Of a DNA stretch of 64,000 nucleotides, positions 8,677-17,801 are shown piece after piece. The DNA is taken from assembly GCA_016742215.1 (NCBI GenBank), contig JACVCC010000004.1:245006-309005 (forward strand), read 5' to 3'. A program made the position numbers and the translations under genes. The notes under the pieces are model-generated. The model made no database searches. It saw only the letters and a list, made by a program, of their open reading frames with translations, and was not told the origin of the DNA. Position 1 is the stretch's first letter, and each line of letters opens with the position of its first letter. This DNA comes from Brevundimonas sp. (GTDB taxonomy: Bacteria; Pseudomonadota; Alphaproteobacteria; Caulobacterales; Caulobacteraceae).

Positions 8677-9639
8677 CTATTCTAAAAACGCGTTCACCTC
8701 GGCGGCGAACTGCGCGGGCTGGTCGAGCATGATGAAGTGGGCGCTATCGTCGATCCGCTTGAAGCGGGCCGACGGCAGGGTGGCAAAGGAGCCGCGATAG
8801 ATGCCGTCGACCATCTCGTTGGTCATGCCGGGATAGTTGAACTTCACGTACAGCACCGTGGTCGGGGCGGTGATGCGCGGCAGCTCGGGCCGCAGGTCGG
8901 TGACAAGCAGCTCCCGATAGGCATTGGCGGCCGTCTGCTGGTCGCTGGTCTTCATGTCCTGGATCGGACCGGCGCGCAGGCTTTCGGTATTGATCATGCC
9001 GTTGATCGCGGTCGTGGCCTGGGCGTCATAGGCCTCGCGTGTGCCGCCGGCCATCCCGGCGTGGATCTGGTCGGCAAGCGGCGCAATGCTCTCCGGCGTG
9101 GCGTTGGCGTTCCCGAACATCAGACCCATGAACGGCACCATGTCCACGACCATCAGCCTGCCCACACTGTCGGGGTGACGGGCCGCCAGCATCATGCCGA
9201 TCGTGCCGCCCATCGAGTGCCCGATGACAACCGGCCGGTCGAGGTTCTGTTCGGCGATATAGCGCGCCAGGTCCTCGGCGACCGGGGCGGAAACGGGGCC
9301 GGTGGCGTTGTCCTCGGCCGGAGCCCCGGCGAAGCCCTGCACGTGGACGCGGTGCACGCGATAACGGCCCTTCAGTTCATCGGTCAGGCCATCCCAGATC
9401 TCCGGCGATGAGGTCAGGCCCGGGATCAGGATGACGTCACCGATCGGCTGGGCCGGTCCATCGACACGAACGTGGAAGCGGCCGGACTCGAAGTCGGCGT
9501 GCTGGTGGCCGTGGTCGCCATGGCCCTGGGCCTGATGCGACCCATGCGAGCCGTGAGCCCCATGGTCGTGTTCCTGGGCCAGCGCGGGCCCGGCGGCGGT
9601 CAGCACAAGCGCGGCGGCGATGGCGGTCATGGTCTTCAT
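8677..9639 (-). CDS. Secreted alpha/beta hydrolase with His-rich N-terminus
   Basis: Signal peptide MKTMTAIAAALVLTAAGPALA, GHSMGG nucleophile elbow and SAHFIMLDQP; RBS AGGGGA upstream of ATG 9639. Confidence 0.88.
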   Translation of the reverse strand: MKTMTAIAAALVLTAAGPALAQEHDHGAHGSHGSHQAQGHGDHGHQHADFESGRFHVRVDGPAQPIGDVILIPGLTSSPEIWDGLTDELKGRYRVHRVHVQGFAGAPAEDNATGPVSAPVAEDLARYIAEQNLDRPVVIGHSMGGTIGMMLAARHPDSVGRLMVVDMVPFMGLMFGNANATPESIAPLADQIHAGMAGGTREAYDAQATTAINGMINTESLRAGPIQDMKTSDQQTAANAYRELLVTDLRPELPRITAPTTVLYVKFNYPGMTNEMVDGIYRGSFATLPSARFKRIDDSAHFIMLDQPAQFAAEVNAFLE

Positions 9640-9755
9640 GGTGTTTCCCCTGTAGAGGCGAGCCGGATGACCGCCTTTTCCGCTTGTCGTCGCAGAGGGC
9701 GCGATTGGATGCAGGCGGTCAAGACTTCGCGAACGGCGACAGCTACAGTGGCCGC

Positions 9756-10874
9756 ATGACGCCCGCAGATTCCGCACCAGCCGCCTCCACGCCCGAGGCC
9801 AAGGCTCCGCCCACCGCCTTCGGCAAGGGCTTCGTGACGGACGCCTGGTATTTCGTCGCCCTGGCGCGCGACGTGAAGCCGGGATCGCTGAAGCGATACG
9901 AGCTGCTGGGCGAGCCGGTCCTGATCGGGCGAACCAACGCCGGACAGGTCTTCGCCATGCGCGACATCTGCCCCCACCGCGCCGCGCCGCTGTCGGCCGG
10001 GCGTGTGGTGAGCAAGCCCGGCGAAGGCGAGACGGTCGAATGCCCCTATCACGGCTGGCGCTTCCGTCCGGACGGCGCCTGCGCGGCCATTCCTTCCGTG
10101 GTCGAGGCGCAGGCCTTCGATACGGACCGAATCCGCGTGCGCAACTATCCCGTCCGCGAAAGTCAGGGGCTGGTCTTCGTCTGGCTGACCTCCGACCCGC
10201 GTGGCGCCGGCGAACCGGATCACGAGCCGCCGCAGTTTCCCGGCGTGGTCGGCGGCGATGCGAAGCTGGTCGAGTGGATGGATTTCGACAGCCACATCGA
10301 CCATGCCGTCGTCGGTCTGATGGACCCGGCCCACGGCCCCTACGTCCATCAGCAATGGTGGTGGCGCTCGGAGCATTCGATGCATGAGAAGGCCAAGGCC
10401 TTCGAGCCGCGCGAGCATGGCTTCGCCATGGTGCGTCATGCGCCCTCATCGAACAGCCGGGCCTACAAGATCCTCGGCGGGGCGCCGGCGACCGAGATCA
10501 CCTTCCGCCTGCCCGGCTATCGCTGGGAGCACATCCAGGTCGGCGAGAAACAGGTTCTGGCCCTGACCTGCCTGACGCCGATCACGCCGACGAAGACGCG
10601 GATCACCCAGATCTTCTGGTCGGATCACTGGATCTTCGGCCTGGCCAAGCCCTTCCTGCGCATGGGCGTCGTGGCCTTCCTGAAGCAGGATGGCGGCATG
10701 GTGAACCTGCAGAACGAGGGCCTGCGCTACGACCCGGCGCTCATCTGGATCGACGACGCGGACAAGCAGGCGAAATGGTACCAGCAGCTGAAGCGCGAAT
10801 GGCTGAAGAGCCGCGCCGAGGACCGGCCGTTCACCAACCCGGTCAAGGCCGCGACACTTCGCTGGAAGAGCTGA
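9756..10874 (+). CDS. Rieske non-heme iron oxygenase, alpha subunit (VanA-like)
   Basis: CPHR...CPYHGW Rieske ligands and DPAHGPYVH mononuclear iron site. Confidence 0.9.
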   Translation: MTPADSAPAASTPEAKAPPTAFGKGFVTDAWYFVALARDVKPGSLKRYELLGEPVLIGRTNAGQVFAMRDICPHRAAPLSAGRVVSKPGEGETVECPYHGWRFRPDGACAAIPSVVEAQAFDTDRIRVRNYPVRESQGLVFVWLTSDPRGAGEPDHEPPQFPGVVGGDAKLVEWMDFDSHIDHAVVGLMDPAHGPYVHQQWWWRSEHSMHEKAKAFEPREHGFAMVRHAPSSNSRAYKILGGAPATEITFRLPGYRWEHIQVGEKQVLALTCLTPITPTKTRITQIFWSDHWIFGLAKPFLRMGVVAFLKQDGGMVNLQNEGLRYDPALIWIDDADKQAKWYQQLKREWLKSRAEDRPFTNPVKAATLRWKS

Positions 10875-10896
10875 TCCGCCGACCATCCGCGCAATG

Positions 10897-10926
10897 AAAA
10901 AGGCCGCGATGGGGGTCGCGGCCTTT
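10897..10926. terminator. Bidirectional intrinsic terminator
   Basis: AAAAAGGCCGCGA-TGGGGG-TCGCGGCCTTT between convergent genes. Confidence 0.75.
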
Positions 10927-10949
10927 CCATGCTCGAACGATGCCTCGTC

Positions 10950-11615
10950 TTACTGACGCGACAATGCACCGGCGAGAATGAGGTCGATCTGCTTGCCGAT
11001 CTGGGCGTCCAGCTGCTCCATGCCCCAGCCGTCGTAGGCGGCCTGGCGGAAGTTCGACAGCCAGGCGCCGTAGATCAGGTCCGACAGAAGACGGACGTCC
11101 GCGTCCTGACGCAGCTCGCCGTCGCGGACGCCGCCCTGGACGGTGTCAACGACGACCGAAACCAGCGGCTTGAGCGCTGCGCGGAAGCGGACTTCGGCGA
11201 CCTGCGGCTGGAACCACGAGCGGGCGACCACCGCCTGCACCAGCGGCAGCTGATCCAGGGTGTCGTGGTAGCCGGCGACGAGCGCCGCCAGAAGGCGTCC
11301 GCGCAGGGTGGTCTCGCTGGCCTGGGCGGCCTTCACGACCTCGGCCAGACGGGCCATGTCCTCGGTCAGGACGGCCTCGAACAGTTCGGCCTTGTCCTGG
11401 AAATTGGCGAAGACCGCGCCGGTCGACATGCCGGCGCCCTTGGCGATGTCGCGGATGGTGGCCGGCTCATAGCCGCGCTCGGCGAACAGGCTGCGGGCCG
11501 CATCCAGGACCTTCTGCCGGGTCCGGACCTTGGCTGCCTGACGACGGTTGAGACGGGGGGCTTCGGCCTCGGAATCCGATGGGTTCCGGACGGAGCTCGG
11601 TGCCAGATCACGCAT
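10950..11615 (-). CDS. TetR/AcrR family transcriptional regulator
   Basis: LFAERGYEPATIRDIAKGAGMSTGAVFANFQDKAELF HTH. Confidence 0.92.
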   Translation of the reverse strand: MRDLAPSSVRNPSDSEAEAPRLNRRQAAKVRTRQKVLDAARSLFAERGYEPATIRDIAKGAGMSTGAVFANFQDKAELFEAVLTEDMARLAEVVKAAQASETTLRGRLLAALVAGYHDTLDQLPLVQAVVARSWFQPQVAEVRFRAALKPLVSVVVDTVQGGVRDGELRQDADVRLLSDLIYGAWLSNFRQAAYDGWGMEQLDAQIGKQIDLILAGALSRQ

Positions 11616-11832
11616 GAAAACGGTTTACTCGACTGTTCGACGGGCGCGCCCGTCGGCGGGGGAGAATGCGCCGGGGCGCGAAGAGCGGTACGCCAGGGAC
11701 GCTGCACGGCAGCCCCTTCGCGGCGAAGCCGGCGACTGACCATGCAACGATGACCAAATTGGGGTGTACAGATTAACAGCAGCGCCACGCCGACGGTTAA
11801 TACGTCGCAGCATGTGGACGATTATCGCGCGG

Positions 11833-13671
11833 TCACCGACGCAGGGTTGAGCGCAGGGCCCGGGGCGCGCGTGACGTGTCTCCTTCAGGCATGGCGGCCT
11901 GAAACACCTTGCGGAACTCGTCCCGTTTCTCGTGCACGGACGCCAGCACCAGACCCATCGGCACGCCCAGATCGACCAGGGTATTCTCGGCCAGTTGCAG
12001 GCTGGCTTCGGTGGTCTCGGGAACCGCGTCGGTGACGCCCAGACGATAGAGTCGCTCCGCGTGTCGCGAATCCCGCGCCCGGGCGATCAGGATCACATCC
12101 GGCCGGACCTTTCGAACCGTCTGCACGACCTCATCCACCTTGGTCGGCGCGTCCATGGTGACGACCACCGCCCTGACCCGATCGATCGCACATCTCTCAA
12201 GCATCTCGGCGCGGGCCGCGTCGCCATAGAAGACATTGGAGCCCTCAGCCCTTCCCTTGGCGACCGTCGAGGCGTTGGCGTCCAGGGCCATGAAGGGCTG
12301 GTCGTGCTCGGTCAGAAGTTCGCCGACCAGTCGCCCGACCCGGCCGAAGCCGACGATCAGCACCTGCCCCTCCTCAGGCGTCGGCTCAAGCGCCTCCGGC
12401 GCAAGGTCCGGCTGCTCCTTCGCGACCCGGTTCACCAGCCGATCCGCCAGCAGGGCCATCAGGGGGACGGTGAACATGCTGATGGTCGCCGCGATCATGA
12501 CGGTGCGGGAGAAGCCGGGGCTCACGATGCCCTCGACCGCCCCGGCGGCCAGGATGACGAAGGCGAACTCGCCGGCCGGACCCAGCACCAACGCTGTCTC
12601 GATCGCCGTCCGGTTTTTCACGCCCCACAGGCGGGCCGCGCCATAGATCAGCACGGCCTTGAGCGCCGTCAGCCCGAAGGCCAGACCGAACACCCGCACC
12701 GGATCGGCGGCGACCACATCGAGATCCAGTCCGATGCCGACGCCGACGAAGAAGACGCCCAGCAGAAGTCCCTTGAAAGGTTCGATCGAGACCTCGACCT
12801 CGCGCCGGAACTCGGTCTCGGCCAGCAGCAGGCCAGCAACGAGAGCGCCCAGGCTCATCGACAGTCCGGCAATCTGGGCGGCCAGACCGGCGCCGATGAC
12901 GACGAGCAGGCTCGCCGCGACGAACAGCTCCTGCCCCTGCCCGCGGTTACGAGCCTTGGCGACGGAGCGGAACATCGGCCGCAGCACCAGTCGGCCGAGC
13001 GCCACGATCAGGGCCAGGCCGATCGCCGCCGGGATCAGGGTGAACAGGGCGGGGCGCAGGACGCTGGGATCAAACTCCCCGGCTGGCGTCGCGGTGTTCA
13101 GCGCCATGGCGGCGAGCACGGTAACGGTGATCAGGATCGGCGCGACGGCGAGGTCCTGGGCCAGCAGGATCGAGAAGGTCGACCGCCCGGTGGCGCCTCC
13201 CATCCGCCCGCGCTCGGCCATTACCGGCATGACGACCGCGGTCGAGGACAGGGCCAGGCCCATGCCGAGCACTGCGGCCGAGACCAGCGGCTGCCCCATG
13301 AACATGAACATGGCCGCCAGCCCGACGGTGCAGAGGGCCACCTGGGTGAGGCCGAGGCCAAACACCAGCCGCCGCATCGCCTTGAGCCGCTCCCACGACA
13401 GCTCGAGCCCGATCATGAACAGCAGGAAGGCCACGCCGAGCTCCGACAGCAGGCGGATTTGCTGCGCGTCGGAAATGGTCAGCCAGTTCAGCCAGGGCAT
13501 TGTGCTGGACAAGCGCGCCAGCCCGTCCGGTCCCAGCAGGACGCCTGCCGCGAGAAAGCCCAGAACGGGGCTGATCTTCAGGCGATTGAAAAGGGGAACC
13601 ACGACCCCCGCGGCTGCCAGAAAGACCACCAGGTCCTTGTACTCGCCCGCTGAACCGCCGTGAGTCGCCAT
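11833..13671 (-). CDS. CPA2 cation:proton antiporter (KefB/KefC-like) with TrkA-N domain
   Basis: ELGVAFLLFMIGLE, LLAQDLAV, C-terminal GFGRVG KTN domain. Confidence 0.9.
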   Translation of the reverse strand: MATHGGSAGEYKDLVVFLAAAGVVVPLFNRLKISPVLGFLAAGVLLGPDGLARLSSTMPWLNWLTISDAQQIRLLSELGVAFLLFMIGLELSWERLKAMRRLVFGLGLTQVALCTVGLAAMFMFMGQPLVSAAVLGMGLALSSTAVVMPVMAERGRMGGATGRSTFSILLAQDLAVAPILITVTVLAAMALNTATPAGEFDPSVLRPALFTLIPAAIGLALIVALGRLVLRPMFRSVAKARNRGQGQELFVAASLLVVIGAGLAAQIAGLSMSLGALVAGLLLAETEFRREVEVSIEPFKGLLLGVFFVGVGIGLDLDVVAADPVRVFGLAFGLTALKAVLIYGAARLWGVKNRTAIETALVLGPAGEFAFVILAAGAVEGIVSPGFSRTVMIAATISMFTVPLMALLADRLVNRVAKEQPDLAPEALEPTPEEGQVLIVGFGRVGRLVGELLTEHDQPFMALDANASTVAKGRAEGSNVFYGDAARAEMLERCAIDRVRAVVVTMDAPTKVDEVVQTVRKVRPDVILIARARDSRHAERLYRLGVTDAVPETTEASLQLAENTLVDLGVPMGLVLASVHEKRDEFRKVFQAAMPEGDTSRAPRALRSTLRR

Positions 13672-13824
13672 CCGCCCTCCGTTGGGTTCAGCCTACAGGC
13701 TGAAACGCCTCGCCACAGGGGTTTCCGTCGATTCATGACAAAAATTTCAGGCGACAGCACCGGCACCGGGCGTAGGGTCCCGGCCGACCCTTCCATCAGG
13801 TGAAGAGAAGTCGGGAAAACACCC

Positions 13825-15975
13825 ATGAAGAAGTTGCTTGTCGGCGCCGCCCTCGGCGCGATGCTCATGCCGTCCGCCGCCATCGCCCACCCCGATCCGT
13901 TCGCATGGACCGCCGGTGACGACCACGCCTGTATCGACGAGGCGTGCACCATTTTCGAGCTGTTCCAGACGCCGGCGCAGGGCGCCGGCACGGTGACCGG
14001 CTGGCAGGGCACTGAAGCGCCGCGCTACGGGACCTGGGGCTTCGACCTCAACGGCCGCGACACCTCGGTGAACCCCGGCGACAACTTCTTCCGCTACGCC
14101 AACGGTACGGCCATCGACAATCTGCAGATCCCGTCGGATCGCACGTCCTATGGCTCGTTCAACCTGCTGCGCGAACTGTCGGACAACCGCGTCAAGGTGA
14201 TGATCGACGCCCTGGTGGCGCGCACTGACCTGGCGCCGGGCACCGACGAGCAGAAGATCGCCGATGCTTACCGGTCCTACATGGACGTGGACCGCATCGA
14301 GCAGCTGGACGCCCAGCCGCTTCAACCCTACCTCGCCGCCATCCGCGCCGCGAACACCCACGACCGGGCCGCGGTCTATATGGGCGAGACCCAGGGCCGC
14401 ATCGGCGGCTCGATCTTCGGCACCGGCATCACGATCGACCAGAAGGCGCCGACCCGCTACGTCGTCTCGACCAGCCAGTCGGGGCTGGGCCTGCCCAACC
14501 GCGACTACTATCTCGAGCAACGCTGGGCCGAGAAGAAGGTCCTGTACCAGGCCTACATCGCCCGCATGCTGGGCATGATCGGCTGGGACAACCCGGAACA
14601 GGCCGCCGCCGACATCGTCGCGTTCGAGACCCGTATCGCCGAGGTGCACTGGACGCCCGAGCAGAACCGCAACCGCGACGAGACCTACAACGAATACACC
14701 ATCTCGCGGCTGGCCTCGGAGGCCCCGGGCTTCCCGTGGCAGGACTACTATGCCGCCATCGGCGTCGGTGAAGTGCCGCGCCTGATCGTACGTCAGGACA
14801 CGGCCATGCCGCAGATCGCCGCGATCTATGCCGAGACCCCGATCGCGACCATCCAGGCCTGGCAGGCCTTCCACACGACCGATGACGCCGCACCGCGCCT
14901 GTCGCGCCGCTTCTCGGACGCCCAGTGGGAGTTCCGCTCGCGCGACCTGCAGGGCCAGCCCATGCAGCGCGCCCGCGACAAGCGCGGCATCAGCTTCGCC
15001 GAGGGAATGCTGGGCGAGGCCGTCGGCCGCCAGTATGTGGCCGAATACTTCCCGGCCGAATCCAAGGCCAAGATGGAAGAGCTGGTCGCCAACCTGCGCA
15101 TCGCCCTGGGCAACCGCATCCGCAACTACACCTGGATGAGCGCCGAAACCCGCGCCGCGGCGCAGGAGAAGCTCGACAAGTTCACCGTCAAGATCGGCTA
15201 CCCGGACCGCTGGCGCGACTACTCCGCACTGGAAATCCGCCCTGACGACCTGTTCGGCAATGCCGAGCGCGCCGGCCTCTTCCAGTGGAACTACCAGCTG
15301 AACCGCCTGAACCGTCCGGTGGACAAGGACGAGTGGGGCATGACCCCGCAGACCGTGAACGCCTACTACAACTCGTCCAACAACGAGATCGTCTTCCCGG
15401 CCGCGATCCTGCAGCCGCCGTTCTTCGATCCGAACGCCGACCCGGCCGTGAACTACGGCGGCATCGGCGGCGTGATCGGCCACGAGATCGGCCACGGCTT
15501 CGACGATCAGGGCTCCAAGTCCGACGGCGACGGCGTGCTGCGCAGCTGGTGGACCCCTGAGGATCGCGCCGCGTTCGAGGCCCTCACGGCCCGTCTGGGC
15601 GCCCAGTACGGCGAGTTCGAGCCGCTGCCCGGCTTCCGCGTTCGCCCCAACCTGACCATGGGCGAGAACATCGGCGACGCCGCCGGCGTCGCGGTCGGTC
15701 TGGAAGCCTACCACCTGTCGCTGGGCGGCCGCCCGGCGCCGGTTCTGGACGGCACCACCGGCGACCAGCGCTTCTTCTTCGGCTGGGCCCAGGTCTGGCA
15801 GTCGAAATACCGCGAGGCCGCCCTGCGCCAGCAGATCGACACCGACTCTCACAGCCCGGCTGAGTTCCGCGTGATCGGCCCGGTCCGGAACGTCGACGCC
15901 TGGTACGACGCCTTCGATGTCCAGCCCGGCAGCCGGTACTATCTGCGTCCGGAAGATCGCGTTCGCATCTGGTAG
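13825..15975 (+). CDS. M13 family metallopeptidase (PepO/neprilysin-like), secreted
   Basis: VNAYY, HEIGHGFDDQG, GENIGD and HSP motifs; signal peptide. Confidence 0.95.
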   Translation: MKKLLVGAALGAMLMPSAAIAHPDPFAWTAGDDHACIDEACTIFELFQTPAQGAGTVTGWQGTEAPRYGTWGFDLNGRDTSVNPGDNFFRYANGTAIDNLQIPSDRTSYGSFNLLRELSDNRVKVMIDALVARTDLAPGTDEQKIADAYRSYMDVDRIEQLDAQPLQPYLAAIRAANTHDRAAVYMGETQGRIGGSIFGTGITIDQKAPTRYVVSTSQSGLGLPNRDYYLEQRWAEKKVLYQAYIARMLGMIGWDNPEQAAADIVAFETRIAEVHWTPEQNRNRDETYNEYTISRLASEAPGFPWQDYYAAIGVGEVPRLIVRQDTAMPQIAAIYAETPIATIQAWQAFHTTDDAAPRLSRRFSDAQWEFRSRDLQGQPMQRARDKRGISFAEGMLGEAVGRQYVAEYFPAESKAKMEELVANLRIALGNRIRNYTWMSAETRAAAQEKLDKFTVKIGYPDRWRDYSALEIRPDDLFGNAERAGLFQWNYQLNRLNRPVDKDEWGMTPQTVNAYYNSSNNEIVFPAAILQPPFFDPNADPAVNYGGIGGVIGHEIGHGFDDQGSKSDGDGVLRSWWTPEDRAAFEALTARLGAQYGEFEPLPGFRVRPNLTMGENIGDAAGVAVGLEAYHLSLGGRPAPVLDGTTGDQRFFFGWAQVWQSKYREAALRQQIDTDSHSPAEFRVIGPVRNVDAWYDAFDVQPGSRYYLRPEDRVRIW

Positions 15976-15997
15976 GCGGACCGACCGCATCAAGACG

Positions 15998-16026
15998 AAA
16001 GGCCGGAGCATCGCTCCGGCCTTTTT
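15998..16026 (+). terminator. Intrinsic terminator after the M13 peptidase gene
   Basis: GGCCGGAGC-ATC-GCTCCGGCC-TTTTT. Confidence 0.85.
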
Positions 16027-16064
16027 CGTTTCTCGTTCGCCTCGCGCGCCTGTGCTCAAGGCGC

Positions 16065-16187
16065 AAAAAAGCCCGCTGCGGGGGATACATCGCAGCGGGC
16101 TTTCTTTCGCTCTCTGAGGAGCGGACGTTTCCTCCCCGAAACGCCTCCAGGATGCCGCTGCGCCGAAACGCTGCGCTTCCCGAGTAC
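16065..16187 (-). ncRNA. Putative sRNA, CrfA-like (G-rich loop RNA sponge candidate); 5' end approximate
   Basis: Intergenic, with TTGACT about 30 bp upstream on the minus strand. Contains hairpin GGCGUUUC-GGGGAG-GAAACGUC, a second hairpin CGCUC-CUCAGA-GAGCG, and terminator GCCCGCUGCGAUG...CGCAGCGGGC-U6. From recall, Caulobacter CrfA (CC3510) lies near the his/M13 genes. Confidence 0.6.
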
Positions 16188-16269
16188 GTCAGAAAGACGA
16201 CAAATCGCCGCGCAAGTCAATCAAGACCCTGACGACAGAAGGGAATTTTCCTTTGTTATCAGCGATAAC

Positions 16270-17763
16270 TCACGAAGCTGTGCGAGCCGCGTCAACGATG
16301 GAGCGAACCGTCGCCACCAGCTCGGCGCGAGGCGCGATCCGCTGGCCCGGTCGTTCCGCCTTCCAAGCTTCGTTGTCGCTGATGCCGGCGGCCAGGGCGC
16401 GGCCGGCGTCGAGGTCCTTGATCGTCACCTGACCAGCGGCGATTTCGTCGCCCCCAAGGATGACGGCGGCAGGCGCGCCGCGGCGGTCAGCGTACTTCAT
16501 CTGCGCCTTCATGCCGGCGCGGCCGAGGTAGAGCTCGGCGGCGATGCCTGCGTTGCGCAGTTCGGACACGGCGTCGAGATAGTGCTGCATGTCGTCCTGC
16601 GAGAAGACGATGACCACGACCGGGCCACGGACTGCATCCTCGTCGCCACGGCCAGCCGCGCGCAGGGCCGAGGCCAGACGCGACACACCGAAGGAGAAGC
16701 CGGTCGCCGGCAGGCGCTCGCCGGTGAAACGGGCGACCAGATCGTCATAACGACCGCCGCCGCCGATCGAACCGAAGCGCACCGCCCGGCCCTTGTCGTC
16801 GATGGTCTCAAGCAGCAGCTCGGCCTCGAACACGGCGCCGGTGTAGTACTCCAGCCCGCGCACGATGGTCGGGTCGAAGCGGACGGCATCGTCGGCCACC
16901 CGCATGGCGGTCAGGGCGCGGTCGATCGCCTGCAGCTCCTCGAGCGCGCCTTCTCCCGTGGCGCCGAGGCCGCCGGCCTGCGCGATCCGGTTCAGGGTTT
17001 CCGCCCGCGACAGCGCGCCATCCCCGGCCGAGGCGAGGAAGGCCTCGATCGTCGCCGCCACCGTCTTGGGCACATTGGCGCCCTTGGTGTAGTCGCCGGA
17101 CTCGTCCAGACGGCCCTCGCCCAGCAGCAGTGACACGCCCTCCCAACCCAGACGGTCGAACTTGTCGATGGCGCGCAGGGCGGTGAGTTTCTGGATCGGG
17201 TCGGTCACGCCGCCGGCCTCGAACAGGCCGTCGAACAGCTTGCGGTTCGAGACCCGGATCACGGCCTGACCGGCCGCCAGTCCCGCGGCCTGAAGCCCCT
17301 CGCAGGCCATGGCGATGATTTCGGCGTCCGCTTCAGGGCGGTCCGAGCCCACAGTGTCTGCGTCGCACTGGACGAACTCGCGGAAGCGGCCCGGGCCGGG
17401 CTTCTCGTTGCGCCACACCGGCCCGAAGGCATAGCGGCGGAACGGCTTGGGCAGGGTTTCCCAGTTCTGGGCCGCGAACCGGGCGAGCGGCGCGGTCAGA
17501 TCATAGCGCAGCGCCATCCACTGATCGTCGTCGTCCTGCAGGGCGAAGACGCCCTCATTCGGACGATCCGCGTCCGGCAGGAATTTGCCCAGCGCGTCCG
17601 CATACTCGAAGGCGCCGGTGTCCAGAGGCTCGAAGCCCCAGCGCTCGTAGACCTCCGAGACACGCTGAACCAGACGGCGCTCCGCGACGAGATCACGGCC
17701 ACGGCGATCGGCGAACCCCCGGGGGGCGCGGGCTTCGGGGCGGGAGGCGGCGTCTTCGGTCAT
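16270..17763 (-). CDS. hisS: Histidine--tRNA ligase
   Basis: LRYDLTAPLAR, WRNEKPGPGRFREFVQCDAD, VRGLEYYTG, GGGRYD and anticodon-binding domain. Confidence 0.95.
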   Translation of the reverse strand: MTEDAASRPEARAPRGFADRRGRDLVAERRLVQRVSEVYERWGFEPLDTGAFEYADALGKFLPDADRPNEGVFALQDDDDQWMALRYDLTAPLARFAAQNWETLPKPFRRYAFGPVWRNEKPGPGRFREFVQCDADTVGSDRPEADAEIIAMACEGLQAAGLAAGQAVIRVSNRKLFDGLFEAGGVTDPIQKLTALRAIDKFDRLGWEGVSLLLGEGRLDESGDYTKGANVPKTVAATIEAFLASAGDGALSRAETLNRIAQAGGLGATGEGALEELQAIDRALTAMRVADDAVRFDPTIVRGLEYYTGAVFEAELLLETIDDKGRAVRFGSIGGGGRYDDLVARFTGERLPATGFSFGVSRLASALRAAGRGDEDAVRGPVVVIVFSQDDMQHYLDAVSELRNAGIAAELYLGRAGMKAQMKYADRRGAPAAVILGGDEIAAGQVTIKDLDAGRALAAGISDNEAWKAERPGQRIAPRAELVATVRSIVDAARTAS

Positions 17764-17801
17764 GGCGGGCGCTTAAGCCATCAAGCGCCCGCGAGCAACG
17801 A

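Noticed and set aside
8677-10449. Apparent long N-terminal extensions or fusions in the ORF track (590-aa hydrolase, 886-aa mutase, 595-aa permease, 480-aa ppa, 625-aa phytase-like)
   Set aside because: The extensions are read-through of neighbouring genes in non-coding frames; downstream starts with family-typical N-termini, most with an RBS, were used instead
13730-13739. GATTCATGAC shared with 41261-41270
   Set aside because: Only 10 bp, in different contexts (the second lies inside a hairpin), so it is plausibly chance
11932-16059. Long antisense ORFs in the track (for example 11932..13653 +, 13747..16059 -, 45074..47044 +, 35137..37020 -)
   Set aside because: They are shadow frames of real GC-rich genes on the opposite strand, with no motifs and the typical complementary-codon composition
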